This document shows, piece by piece, positions 20,300 to 30,363 of a DNA stretch of 64,000 nucleotides. A program made the position numbers and the translations under genes. Under the pieces are notes generated by a model. That model saw only the letters and a list, made by a program, of their open reading frames with translations, made no database searches and was not told the origin of the DNA. Origin of the DNA: Elusimicrobiota bacterium. Its GTDB lineage: Bacteria > Elusimicrobiota > Elusimicrobia > UBA1565 > UBA9628. Position 1 is the first letter of the stretch. Each line of letters starts with the position of its first letter. The DNA lies in the NCBI GenBank assembly GCA_016207665.1, contig JACQPG010000024.1, forward strand, positions 15,900-79,899, given 5' to 3'.

Positions 20300-21346
20300 T
20301 CAGGTCATCTTGCGGGCTATGATGGTGATACCCGCGTCTTCGACCACTTCCCGCTCTATGGAAAGATCGCATTCGGCGCACCACCTCCTGACCTCCTCGG
20401 GGGATTGCCGAGCCGCGTTGGCGGGAGCGTACCAGTCGTAGTTGATATGGTTCATTTCGGCGAAGCTCAATTCGGGGTGATAAAACGCCTTCGCCACATG
20501 CCAATAGAATAGGCGTTGGATGTTGATGCGGCCCGCAGGTATGTCAAGCAAATCAATGGGGCGTGGAATGTCGATTTCAGCATTTAATTTTCCGAGGGCG
20601 ATGCCGAGTTTGGTAAGAGGCTCCAGGGCCTCCCAGGCTTTCTCTGGCGCCATCGGCTGGAGTTTTTGGCGAACATAATCGTCCGTAAACTCCCGCAAGG
20701 GGCCTTTGCGGCGATAGACATAGAACATAAATCTCCCGCCCTTCTTGAGGAGGCGCGCTAGGGACGCCAAGGCCTGCTTCGTGGAATCAGTGTGATGCAG
20801 GACCCCTTCGGAGAAGATGATATCTACGGAGCCTGCCGGAAGAGGTAGATTGCAGATATCGGCCTGCATGAATGCCGCCTGGAACCCTCTCTCGGCGAAA
20901 CGTTCCGCCGCGGTGTCGACTGCGGTGGACACGTCGATGCCTAGATAGCGGACATGCGGCAATAAAGAGTCGAATAATTCCATAGCGGACATACCGGCGC
21001 CGCATCCGGCGTCAAGTAAAAGCGGCCTGTCGCCATGTTCGGCGACCCACGGGGCCGACTTCAGGTCTCCATATCGCTCACACAGCCAGGAGCGCATGCG
21101 CGCCAGCGAAGGATCGGAGTCAAAGGTATCTCGCCTTTTCCACTTGAATCCAAATGTCGTTTCGGTCTGCGATTGGGCCGCTGAAAGGATGGTACGGCTG
21201 CGCAGGATGCCCGTGCGGTAAACGAAGCTCTGGCCGGAGAGCGAAAGTTCATCGCCTTCTCGATGATTGGGAATTCCCAGATAGCTGCATAGCCATGGAG
21301 GAGCGAAGGATTTAGAGGTTGTGGAGGATTTCGACGATGTATTCAT
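20300..21346 (-). CDS. class I SAM-dependent methyltransferase
   Basis: FGFKW, LDAGCGAG, SEGVLHHT, YDWYAP. Confidence 0.85.
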   Translation of the reverse strand: MNTSSKSSTTSKSFAPPWLCSYLGIPNHREGDELSLSGQSFVYRTGILRSRTILSAAQSQTETTFGFKWKRRDTFDSDPSLARMRSWLCERYGDLKSAPWVAEHGDRPLLLDAGCGAGMSAMELFDSLLPHVRYLGIDVSTAVDTAAERFAERGFQAAFMQADICNLPLPAGSVDIIFSEGVLHHTDSTKQALASLARLLKKGGRFMFYVYRRKGPLREFTDDYVRQKLQPMAPEKAWEALEPLTKLGIALGKLNAEIDIPRPIDLLDIPAGRINIQRLFYWHVAKAFYHPELSFAEMNHINYDWYAPANAARQSPEEVRRWCAECDLSIEREVVEDAGITIIARKMT

Positions 21347-22451
21347 AGTCTCTTTTTTTCATCCGGTTATGCAGCGGCAGCGCCATCGTATTAGCGTCGC
21401 AGTCACGGGCTGCCGGGAAGTGTTCTGGCTTGAGTCCGAGGCGATCGCGGTAGTAACCAAGCATGTGCACCGCGTGCGTTCCGGGCCGTGTGGCAATGCC
21501 GGCGGCCTGCAGGCGCTCCATGATCTTATCGCGGGTCATGGGAGATTTTGTGGGATCGACATAGGTGACGAAAGCCTGCCAAGCATGGGTGCCGTTCTCT
21601 GGGAAGACTGGCATACGGAGCCATCCCAAATTTGCGAGGGTCTCCCGGTAATATTCGGCGTATTGATGACGCTCCTCGATAAAGCGGTCGAGCTTAGCGA
21701 GTTGCGCGAGGCCGATAGCGCCCTGTAGGTCGGTCATACGATAATTGTAGCCCAGGAGGTTAAATTGTGGTAGCAGGTAGGGACGTGGGCCTTTGTGGCG
21801 CTGTTCTTCGGAGACGGAGGCGCCATGGTTTCTAAGCATGTTGACCACTTCGGCGAGCCGGCCGTCGTTGGTTGTGACCATTCCGCCTTCCCCGGTGGTG
21901 ATTGACTTTCGAGGGTGAAATGAGAATGCGGCCGCGTCACCCAGAGCGCCGGCGAAGGTTCTCTTGTAGCTGGCTCCGGCAGCACAGGCGGCGTCCTCGA
22001 TGATCTTTATCCCAGCAGGGACGATGGCGCGTATGGCGTCCATGTCGGCGCAGAGACCAAAGAGATGGACGGCGATGACCGCGCGTGTTTTTGATGTTAG
22101 CTTACGCGCCAAGTCGACGGGATCGATATTGTTGGTCGCCCGATCGACGTCGACGAACACCACGGTGGCGCCACAGTAGAGCACGACGTTGGCCGTCGCC
22201 ACCCAGGTGAAAGCCGGGACGATCACTTCGTCTCCCGGACCGATGCCCATCGCGGCCAAGATAAGATGTAGGCCAGTCGTGCAACTGGTGGTGGCAAGGG
22301 CATGTGCCACCCCGTGCCGTTTGGCAAACGCCTTCTCGAAAGCGGCGACCTTGGCGCCTTGGGTAAGCCAGCCCGTCATCAGCGGCTCACGGCAAGCCTG
22401 CCACTCTTCTTCGCCGGTGGACGGGAGGGATATTTGGATAGAGCGGTCCAT
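21312..22451 (-). CDS. DegT/DnrJ sugar aminotransferase
   Basis: GWLTQG, TSCTTGLH, EDAACA, SFHPRKSITTGEGG, GYNYRM. Confidence 0.92.
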   Translation of the reverse strand: MDRSIQISLPSTGEEEWQACREPLMTGWLTQGAKVAAFEKAFAKRHGVAHALATTSCTTGLHLILAAMGIGPGDEVIVPAFTWVATANVVLYCGATVVFVDVDRATNNIDPVDLARKLTSKTRAVIAVHLFGLCADMDAIRAIVPAGIKIIEDAACAAGASYKRTFAGALGDAAAFSFHPRKSITTGEGGMVTTNDGRLAEVVNMLRNHGASVSEEQRHKGPRPYLLPQFNLLGYNYRMTDLQGAIGLAQLAKLDRFIEERHQYAEYYRETLANLGWLRMPVFPENGTHAWQAFVTYVDPTKSPMTRDKIMERLQAAGIATRPGTHAVHMLGYYRDRLGLKPEHFPAARDCDANTMALPLHNRMKKRDYEYIVEILHNL

Positions 22452-22459
22452 ACGGTCTC

Positions 22460-23461
22460 CTAGGTCTGCAGGCTGACGGCTTGGCGCCGGGCTTCGACTT
22501 CCCGCATGTTGGCGGCTCTCCAATCAATGAGGCGCTGGAGCCCCTCCCGGAGCGGAAGAGCGGCGGTAAAGCCGATCTCCGCCGCGGCGCGCTTGGGACA
22601 ACCTATGCGGTTGCGCACGAGCGTGGCTTGGCTGCGAGGGGCGAATTTGATAGGTTGGCCGCAGCCGGTCAGATCAAGCAGAATTTCCGCCAGCTCTTTC
22701 AAGGAAGTTCGCTTTCCAGTGCCGACGTTATAGAAACGATCGGTCGAGGTTGCCTTCATGGCGCAGACGTTAGCGTTGGCGCAATCCTCAACGGCGACGA
22801 AATCGAAGGCTTCCGAGCCATCTCCAAGGATGGTCGGCCCTTCCCCCCGGTCGATGGCGTCGAGCATCTTCATGATGACGGCAATGTAGGCGCCATGATA
22901 GTCCTGGCGTGGTCCGTAGACGTTCATGTAGCGCAGGCCAACATAGTTTAGACCATATCGGTGATGAAAGGCGCGCAGCATGGCCTCGCCGGCGATTTTG
23001 GTGGCGCCGTAGAAGTTCTTGTTGTTAAAAGGATGATCTTCGGTCATAGGTTCTTGCACGGCGTCGCCATAGACGGAGGCCGAAGAGGAATAGACTAGGC
23101 GCTTGACTCGAGTTTTAACGCAAGCCTCCATGACGTTGAAGGTTCCTCGCACGTTGACGTCGAAGGCGCTGCGTGGAAACTCGTGGCACTGGAGCAGCCA
23201 GAGGGCGGCGAAATGGAATACGCCGTCTGCGCCGGCCAAAGCGGTCTCCAGAATATCGGTTTGCAATATGTCTCCACCTATGTCAAATATCTTGACGCGA
23301 GGATCATCGAGCGCGTTGGCGAGGTTCTCGACCCTACCCCGCACGAAATTATCATAGATCAAGATATCCCGTACGTCTTCCTTCAGGAGCCTATCAACTG
23401 TATGCGAACCGATAAGCCCGGCTCCGCCGATGAGTACTAGTCTTTTGCCCGTCAACTCCAT
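22460..23461 (-). CDS. NAD-dependent epimerase/dehydratase
   Basis: GGAGLIG, SSASVYG, YGATK, LRYMNVYGPRQ. Confidence 0.92.
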   Translation of the reverse strand: MELTGKRLVLIGGAGLIGSHTVDRLLKEDVRDILIYDNFVRGRVENLANALDDPRVKIFDIGGDILQTDILETALAGADGVFHFAALWLLQCHEFPRSAFDVNVRGTFNVMEACVKTRVKRLVYSSSASVYGDAVQEPMTEDHPFNNKNFYGATKIAGEAMLRAFHHRYGLNYVGLRYMNVYGPRQDYHGAYIAVIMKMLDAIDRGEGPTILGDGSEAFDFVAVEDCANANVCAMKATSTDRFYNVGTGKRTSLKELAEILLDLTGCGQPIKFAPRSQATLVRNRIGCPKRAAAEIGFTAALPLREGLQRLIDWRAANMREVEARRQAVSLQT

Positions 23462-23498
23462 GCGGCACCTCCGTTCAAAAAGTTACCCAAACCATGGA

Positions 23499-24656
23499 TC
23501 AGCCTCGGGTTGCTCGAGACAGAGATAAGACGACGGCCTCTTGCTGTGCGGGCGTTAGCTCCGGGAAAACTGGAATCGCGAGAGAATCCGCAGAGACCTT
23601 CTCCGACAAAGGGAAATCACCACGTTTATAGCCTAGTTTGTTGAAGCACTCCTGCAAGTGGAACGGGACCGGGTAATAAACTTCCCAGCTATTGCCTTCG
23701 GCGCGCAGTCGCTGCTGGAGGCGGTCCCTCTCGGAGACTTGGATGACGAATTGATTATAGATGTGATAATGCCTTGTCCCAGAGCTCTGATACACAGCCT
23801 TGGGCAAAATTACGTCCTTCAACCCGCTCTTGGCGAAAAGGTCTTCGTATCTCCGCGCATTTTGCTGCCTCTTCTGGGTCCATTCGTCGAGATGTTTAAT
23901 TTTCACGAGCAGAATGGCCGCATGTAGGGTATCCAGACGAAAGTTGCCGCCTATGAATTTGTGATAATACTTCGTCTTGCTTCCGTGATTGCGTAGAATC
24001 CGCAGCCGTTCGGCTAGATCAGCATCGTTGGTGACAACCATGCCGGCATCGCCTAGGGCGCCCAGATTCTTACTCGGGAAAAATGAAAAACATCCGATGT
24101 CTCCCATGGATCCTGCCTTCATCCCATTCTTGTACTCGGCTCCGATGGCTTGCGCGGCATCCTCTACAACTCTCAACCCATGTCGACGCGCAATATCGAG
24201 TATGGGTGCCATATCGGCGCATTGGCCAAAAAGATGGACGGGGATAATGGCTCTGGTCCGAGGTGTGACCGCTTGCGCAATGCCGTTTGGATCGATGTTG
24301 AATGTCGAGGGATCTATGTCGACGAACACGGGTTTTGCCCCTAGCCGGACGATGGCTCCGGCCGTAGCGAAGAAGGAATAAGTGCTGGTGATGACTTCGT
24401 CTCCGGGTTTAATGTTAATTGCCATCAGCGCGATGAGCAAGGCATCTGTTCCAGAAGACACACCGACCGCGTGTTTAACCTTGCAATAGGCCGCTGCGGC
24501 TGACTCGAATGCGGAGACCTCGGGACCATTGATGAAATGCCCATGGTCCATGACGCGGGCAATGGCGGCGTCTAACTCGGCGCGCAAAACGCGATGCTGA
24601 ACGTTCAAGTCTAGCATTGGTACCGAGGGCGGCGCTTCAACCCTTGAGTTCGTCAT
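23499..24656 (-). CDS. DegT-family aminotransferase (WbpE-like)
   Basis: SSGTDAL, PVHLFGQ, EDAAQAIG, SFFPSKNLG. Confidence 0.9.
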   Translation of the reverse strand: MTNSRVEAPPSVPMLDLNVQHRVLRAELDAAIARVMDHGHFINGPEVSAFESAAAAYCKVKHAVGVSSGTDALLIALMAINIKPGDEVITSTYSFFATAGAIVRLGAKPVFVDIDPSTFNIDPNGIAQAVTPRTRAIIPVHLFGQCADMAPILDIARRHGLRVVEDAAQAIGAEYKNGMKAGSMGDIGCFSFFPSKNLGALGDAGMVVTNDADLAERLRILRNHGSKTKYYHKFIGGNFRLDTLHAAILLVKIKHLDEWTQKRQQNARRYEDLFAKSGLKDVILPKAVYQSSGTRHYHIYNQFVIQVSERDRLQQRLRAEGNSWEVYYPVPFHLQECFNKLGYKRGDFPLSEKVSADSLAIPVFPELTPAQQEAVVLSLSRATRG

Positions 24657-25308
24657 AGGTCTTTTCTCCTTTGGTCAAACCAGCCGGGAGAGCCGCCTCC
24701 TCATCTAAATCCAGGCACCGTAGCATTCCGGTGGATACTTCCTTGTACCTATAACGGCTCTCGGGACAGCGGAGTACACCGTCTGCATCTGGGTTCTTGA
24801 GCAGATGTCCGTGTCGGCTCATCCAGCCTCTTTGGCGTGCTGGATTTCCCATGACCAGGGCATAGTCCGGTACATCCTTGACTACGACCGCGCCAGCCGC
24901 CACAAAACAATAGCGGCCCAGCGTAACGCCGCAGACGATGGTAGCATTGGCGCCGACGGTTGCGCCTCGGCGCAGCAGCGTCTTCTCGTATAGCGAGTGG
25001 CGGTTGACTTGAGAGCGCGGATTGGTGACGTTCGTCAGGACACAGGATGGGCCGAGAAAGACGTCGTCCTCAATCAGAGTACCTGTATAGACGGATACGT
25101 TGTTTTGAATCTTGACGTTGTCGCCGATGACGACGTCGTTGGCTACATGGCAGTTTTGCCCGAGAATGCAATTGCGCCCGAGGCGAGCCCCCGTAAGGAC
25201 GTGGGAAAAATGCCAGATTTTCGTGCCGGCACCTATTATACAGGGTTCATCGACGTAAGCGGATTCATGGACTTTCACATCCTTGGCCAGCCAAGCTGCT
25301 TTGAACAT
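24637..25308 (-). CDS. hexapeptide acetyltransferase (WbpD-like)
   Basis: IWHFSH, KIQNNVSVY, FLGPS.V.TN..NPRS, GNPAR. Confidence 0.9.
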   Translation of the reverse strand: MFKAAWLAKDVKVHESAYVDEPCIIGAGTKIWHFSHVLTGARLGRNCILGQNCHVANDVVIGDNVKIQNNVSVYTGTLIEDDVFLGPSCVLTNVTNPRSQVNRHSLYEKTLLRRGATVGANATIVCGVTLGRYCFVAAGAVVVKDVPDYALVMGNPARQRGWMSRHGHLLKNPDADGVLRCPESRYRYKEVSTGMLRCLDLDEEAALPAGLTKGEKTYDELKG

Positions 25309-25354
25309 GGGATTCGATTGAGTGTTCAGGATGGAATCTTGTCAGAAAATATTG

Positions 25355-27247
25355 TCAGCTTGTCTGAGCTTTTGTAAGCGGTTGGACTTGGTGGGCAGCG
25401 GCGGGTGCGAAGCTCGGTGCCAATTCCTTTAGCTTTTCAACCAGCACCTTTGGGTCAGGGTGGCGGCTTGCCATTCCGATGTCTATAATCCAACTTTCCA
25501 TATCGGATACTGCTGGACTATCTGAGCGAAGAATCATGATAGAGGGATGCCCTGAATCATCGCAGATGCTTGGATCTTCCATCAGGTCCTCGTCTAGTTT
25601 CTCGCCTTGCTTCAGTCCCGTAAAACGGATTTCAATATCTCTAGCAGGCTCAAGACCTGAGAGTAAAATCAAATTTTTCGCCATGTCAAGGATTTTGACT
25701 GGAGTGCCCATCTTCAGAATAAAAATTTCGCCGCCTTTGGCCATTGATATAGCTTGAAGGATAAGCTGTACTGATTCTTCAACTGTCATGAAATAACGTT
25801 TTACATCTGGATGCGTGACAGTAATGGGGCCACCCGCCGATATCTGTCTTTGGAATATTTCAAGAACTGATCCCGAACTACCAAGCACATTGCCAAAACG
25901 AACCGTGACGAACCTTGTCTTGGTCGAAAGACGGGAAAAGTTCTTGACGATCAGCTCCGCGACGCGTTTGGTCGCGCCCATAACACTTGATGGCTTTACG
26001 GCTTTGTCGGTGGAAACCAAAAGAAATGCTTCAGCCTCATATTTTTGCGCGGCACGAGCGACGTAATAAGTTCCCAGAATATTATTACCCACTCCCTCTT
26101 GGACATTGAATTCTAGCTGGTGAACATGTTTATGAGCGGCTGCATGGAGTACAACCGTTGGTTTGTATTGAGAGAAAAGGCGATCGACCATGACTTGATC
26201 TCGAATATCACCCAACACGGAGACAATCTTGTGATCAACGGCTCTTTCTTGAAGTTCGGACTCAATGTAAAACAACGACGTGGCGTGGCTTTCCACCAGA
26301 ACAAGCCTGCTGGGATTGTATTGCAGCACCTGACGACTGAGTTCTGATCCGATGGTGCCTCCCGCCCCGGTCACCAATACCACCTTGTTGGCGAGAGATT
26401 CGCTGATTTTTGCGAGATCTAGCTTAACAATATCGCGATTGAGAAGATCGGCAGGTCTGACTTGTCTGGGCGAGCGTTCGGCAAGGGGGGCTTTCAACAT
26501 CTCATCCAAACCCGGGGCAATTTTAAGTTCAGGCTTGCTAGACGAATTCCGCAGTGCATCTATGATGGTGCGGACAATTTCTCCGCGTCTAGACGCGATC
26601 GCTATTACGACTTCGTGAATCTGATGCATTTCCAATATGCGGCACAGTACCCGTGTGCCCCCAAATACTGGCCGTCCATGAATACGCATCCCCCATTTAG
26701 ACATGTCGTCATCGATAAAACCAACGACGTTGTAACAGGGCTCCTTGGTCTTGAGCATCTGACGCAAAAGACTCTCACCCAATTCTCCCGCACCTACGAG
26801 GAGAACGTTTCTGTGTTTGCCAGAGTAGGTTCTTGGCATGCTTAGATATGTTTTTATTAAGCGAATTCCGAAGCGAGTTCCACAAACCCCTAAGAAGGCA
26901 AGGATAGGGTGTAAAAGAAGCACGGCTCGAGGGAACTGGGCCTGCTTTATGAACAAAATGGCTGTAGCTGTTAGAATCCCGCTTGCGGTAACTGCTTTTG
27001 TGATATTGAGCAAATCCGCAAAACTAGAAAAGTAATAAATTCCGCGATAAAGAGAAAAAGCATGGAACGCGATTATATACGTTATAAGAAAAGGAACGGT
27101 CTGCCAGACGAGCTCCCAATTTGCAAGTTCAATGTTAAAATCAAAACGAAGCAGAAAGGCAAGGAAATAAGTACCAAAAACCGTCGCGATATCAAATAAA
27201 ATCACGCCCAGTCGTCTGGGAGTGTAGCGAATATGTGTAGGCATCAC
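25355..27247 (-). CDS. membrane-anchored nucleotide-sugar 4,6-dehydratase (PglF/WbpM/CapD)
   Basis: Four N-terminal TMs; TGAGGTIGSEL, HAAAHKHV, STDKAV, MGATK, RFGNVLGSSGSV. Confidence 0.92.
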   Translation of the reverse strand: MMPTHIRYTPRRLGVILFDIATVFGTYFLAFLLRFDFNIELANWELVWQTVPFLITYIIAFHAFSLYRGIYYFSSFADLLNITKAVTASGILTATAILFIKQAQFPRAVLLLHPILAFLGVCGTRFGIRLIKTYLSMPRTYSGKHRNVLLVGAGELGESLLRQMLKTKEPCYNVVGFIDDDMSKWGMRIHGRPVFGGTRVLCRILEMHQIHEVVIAIASRRGEIVRTIIDALRNSSSKPELKIAPGLDEMLKAPLAERSPRQVRPADLLNRDIVKLDLAKISESLANKVVLVTGAGGTIGSELSRQVLQYNPSRLVLVESHATSLFYIESELQERAVDHKIVSVLGDIRDQVMVDRLFSQYKPTVVLHAAAHKHVHQLEFNVQEGVGNNILGTYYVARAAQKYEAEAFLLVSTDKAVKPSSVMGATKRVAELIVKNFSRLSTKTRFVTVRFGNVLGSSGSVLEIFQRQISAGGPITVTHPDVKRYFMTVEESVQLILQAISMAKGGEIFILKMGTPVKILDMAKNLILLSGLEPARDIEIRFTGLKQGEKLDEDLMEDPSICDDSGHPSIMILRSDSPAVSDMESWIIDIGMASRHPDPKVLVEKLKELAPSFAPAAAHQVQPLTKAQTS

Positions 27248-27252
27248 GACTA

Positions 27253-28482
27253 TTATATATCATTAACGGAAATCGGTGTGTAGCTGCTGGCATTGGGAGA
27301 GGTTGCTATATAACTTGAAAAGGGCAACGAGCAGGTCAATGCCGGGCTCACCGCGTTGAGCACGTGCCTGCTTCGAGGGGTTTGCTCGATCAGCATATCA
27401 TCGACGAGCCGGCCGTCGGAGCCGATCATCTGAGCCCGTATCCCCGCGTGGCTGTAGCGGACATCCGCGGCGCGCAACTCCGGGACTAAACGGCGTGCGT
27501 CCCGCACCAACGATCTTTTAAAAACCGCTTTGCGCCATTCGCGCCGGGCTAGGTCTAGGAATCGGGGGGAAAGGAGCATTCTCCAAAAGGCCCTGTCTCC
27601 GGCCATTTGCCGCAGATCGTCCAGGTTGAACGAAAATCGCCCGTAGCTCTCTCGGCTGAGGGCGATGGCGGCTCCGGGGCCCACCAATACCCGGCCATCG
27701 AAGGTTCGGGAAAAATGAGGGCCTAAAAATGGGAATTGCGGGTCGGGAGCGGGATAAATATGGGCTCGGGTCAGATGCCGGCGTTGCGGCGTGAGCTCGT
27801 AATAGTCGCCCCGGAATGGGATGATGCGATAGTCTCGGCAAAGCCCCATCATCTGAGCGATGCGATCGGCCTGCAAGCCCCCGGCGCCGAGAAAGAAACC
27901 GCATTGGAGGACGCGGCGGCTGGTAGTGATCTCCACGTGCCGGGCGGTCTCTTTTAGGCCGGTGATTTGCTCGCCCAGCGAGATCTCAGCCCCTTTGGAG
28001 CGGATTTCCTCACCCAGCGCGGCGACATAACCCTTGGAATCGAAGCTGGCGGCCTCCGGAGCGAGCAAGCCGGCCAGGCCGCGGGCATGGGGTTCGATCT
28101 GCGTGATGCCCTTCTCATCCACCCACTCGGCCTTGGCCCCGTTGGCCTTGGCTCGTTCAAGAAGGGTCTTGAGAACCGCGATCTCGGGCTCGGTGCGGGC
28201 GACTACGAGTATGCCGTCTTGCACCATCGGGATATTCCGCTCGAGGCAGAATTCCCGCAGCCGGCGATTGCCTTCGACCACGAGCTTGGCCTTGAGGGTT
28301 CCGGGCTTCTGGTTGTAGCCGGCGTGGATGACTCCGCTGTTGCGGCCGCTTTGGTGAAAGGCGAGCTCTTTCTCCTTTTCGATCAAGCAGAGCTTGAGCC
28401 CGGGATTCTGGAGTAGTATGGCCCGGGCCGCGGCGCAGCCGATCACGCCGCCGCCGGCGACGACTATGTCGTAGTTGTCCAT
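27253..28482 (-). CDS. lhgO: L-2-hydroxyglutarate oxidase LhgO family FAD oxidoreductase
   Basis: GGGVIG, HQSGRNSGVIHAG, PFRGDYY, IYPAPDP.FPFLG.H, GIRAQ, NAVSPALT. Confidence 0.85.
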   Translation of the reverse strand: MDNYDIVVAGGGVIGCAAARAILLQNPGLKLCLIEKEKELAFHQSGRNSGVIHAGYNQKPGTLKAKLVVEGNRRLREFCLERNIPMVQDGILVVARTEPEIAVLKTLLERAKANGAKAEWVDEKGITQIEPHARGLAGLLAPEAASFDSKGYVAALGEEIRSKGAEISLGEQITGLKETARHVEITTSRRVLQCGFFLGAGGLQADRIAQMMGLCRDYRIIPFRGDYYELTPQRRHLTRAHIYPAPDPQFPFLGPHFSRTFDGRVLVGPGAAIALSRESYGRFSFNLDDLRQMAGDRAFWRMLLSPRFLDLARREWRKAVFKRSLVRDARRLVPELRAADVRYSHAGIRAQMIGSDGRLVDDMLIEQTPRSRHVLNAVSPALTCSLPFSSYIATSPNASSYTPISVNDI

Positions 28483-28498
28483 CACCTCGGGGGCCAGC

Positions 28499-29041
28499 CT
28501 AGGGCGTGGTAGGGGCGGGCTCGGGCGCCGGCGTCGTAGCCGACTCCTTGGGCTTTTCCTCGGCATGTTTCATCTTGCGGCGTTCGCCGCGGCGCTTGGC
28601 GCGGCGCTCGCGCCAGATGGGGGCGGTGCCCTTGCGGAAGTCGCGGTGAAGGGATTCCTCGTCCTGGCGGTGGTCCTGGCGCTTCTGGCGATGCTCGTTC
28701 TCGAATTGGACGCGTTTTTCGCGTTGCTCCTTGTTGAAGCGCTCGAGCTCGGCCTGGCGCTGATCGGCGGCTTTGGACTTGAGTCCGTCGAGAAAGGCCT
28801 TGCGCTCCTCCACCATCTTCTTTTCAAAGGCCACGCGCTCCTCCTTCATCTTGGCGCGGAATTCCTGCTGGCGGGAGTGATGGGATTCGATCCTCTCGAG
28901 GGTCTTGGTTAGATAGTCGTCCAGGCGCTTCTTGCGCTCCTCGATGCCGGCCTCGTCGAGCGCGGGCTCGGGCTGGGGGGGAGCGTCTTGCGCGTGGGCT
29001 ACGGGCGCGAAGAGGCATGCGGCCAATAATAGCTTGATCAT
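28499..29041 (-). CDS. hypothetical secreted charged coiled-coil protein
   Basis: Signal peptide (AHA|Q), E/K/R-rich helix and Pro-rich ends. Confidence 0.7.
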   Translation of the reverse strand: MIKLLLAACLFAPVAHAQDAPPQPEPALDEAGIEERKKRLDDYLTKTLERIESHHSRQQEFRAKMKEERVAFEKKMVEERKAFLDGLKSKAADQRQAELERFNKEQREKRVQFENEHRQKRQDHRQDEESLHRDFRKGTAPIWRERRAKRRGERRKMKHAEEKPKESATTPAPEPAPTTP

Positions 29042-29058
29042 GATTCCCTATACCTCCG

Positions 29059-30363
29059 TCATTGCGACCAATTGGGGGTGAAGCTGGAGCCGGGGATGTC
29101 GACGATGCGATGAGGGGCCGAGCCGTCGGCGTCCATGACATAGAGCTCGGGCTTGTCGCGGCCGCTGGCCGAGTTGCGGGTGGAGGTGAAGGCCAGGAAG
29201 CGGCCGTCAGGAGACCAGGAGGGGTTCTCGTTGCTGCCCTCCCCTTTGGTGAGCTGGCGTATTTGATTGCCGGTGACGTCGACGAGGAATATGTCCATCT
29301 TGTCCAGGGCGTTGGCGCGGCCGGCGAAGGCGATCCATTCGCCGGTGGGCGACCATGAGGGGGAATCGCACCAATTGAGATTGGTGAGCCTTTTGGCGCG
29401 ATGCGTGGCCATGTCCAAGATATAGATCTGGGGATTTCCGGAGCGATCCGAGACAAAGGCGACCTGGGAGGCGTCCGGGGAGAACGTAGGCGAGCTGTCC
29501 GCGCCGAAATGCTGGGTGAGCTGGGTGATCTGGCCGTCCGAGAGGGTCTTGACGAAGAGATTGGGGCTTTTCTGGCGCGACATCGTCATCAGGATTTGGG
29601 AGCCATCAGCTGAAAAGCCGCCGGCGATGTTCAAGCCCTGCTTGTTGGAGAGCACCTTGAGCCCGGCGTTGGCCAGATCGAGCAGGAATAAGTCGGGATT
29701 GCCGTCTTTATAGCTGGTATAGGCGATATAGCGGCGATCCGGGGAGAATCGAGGCAACAAGGTGATCGAGCGATGGCGGGTGAGCTGCCTCAAATTCTCG
29801 CCGTCGTAATCCACCAGGTAGAGCTCCTTGTGTCCGGACTGGTTATTAGCAAACACGATTTGAGATTGGGCGATTCCCATGCGGCCGCTCACGGCTTGGA
29901 CCACATCGTCCGAAAGCTTGTGGGCGAGCGAGCGCTGATAGGACTTGTCCTGCTTGTAGTGGCGTTCGAAGACGGCCTCGCCGGCGTTGAGATTGTCGAG
30001 GCGGGCGATCATCTGCAGCTTCTCGCCGGCTTGCGAGACCTGCGCGGTGAGCAGCCAGCCCGAGCCGAGGTTCTTCCAGTCCGAGCCGATCTTGTCCCGG
30101 TTGTCTCCATCGAAATGGGGGCCTTGCTCGAGCAGGTTGAAATAGCGGGAGAACAGCAGATCGGCGCGCACGATCTCGCGCAATTGCTTGGCCGTCACCG
30201 CGTCCTCGGGCTTTTGAGGGGCCGCCGCGATGAAGGGGGGCAGGCCGAGGGCAAAGCGCGCGTCCGCCCCGCCCTGGCCGCCTACCTTAATATGCACCTC
30301 GGTCGCAGCCTTGAGAGAGCCGCAAAGGCCCAAGGCGAGCGCGAGCCCGGTCAGGACTTTCAC
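29059..30363 (-). CDS. tolB: TolB beta-propeller protein
   Basis: TolB_N (ADLLFS, LAHKLSD) and repeated P.(F/W)SPDG PD40 repeats; GTG 30363 overlaps the cpoB stop. Confidence 0.9.
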   Translation of the reverse strand: MKVLTGLALALGLCGSLKAATEVHIKVGGQGGADARFALGLPPFIAAAPQKPEDAVTAKQLREIVRADLLFSRYFNLLEQGPHFDGDNRDKIGSDWKNLGSGWLLTAQVSQAGEKLQMIARLDNLNAGEAVFERHYKQDKSYQRSLAHKLSDDVVQAVSGRMGIAQSQIVFANNQSGHKELYLVDYDGENLRQLTRHRSITLLPRFSPDRRYIAYTSYKDGNPDLFLLDLANAGLKVLSNKQGLNIAGGFSADGSQILMTMSRQKSPNLFVKTLSDGQITQLTQHFGADSSPTFSPDASQVAFVSDRSGNPQIYILDMATHRAKRLTNLNWCDSPSWSPTGEWIAFAGRANALDKMDIFLVDVTGNQIRQLTKGEGSNENPSWSPDGRFLAFTSTRNSASGRDKPELYVMDADGSAPHRIVDIPGSSFTPNWSQ

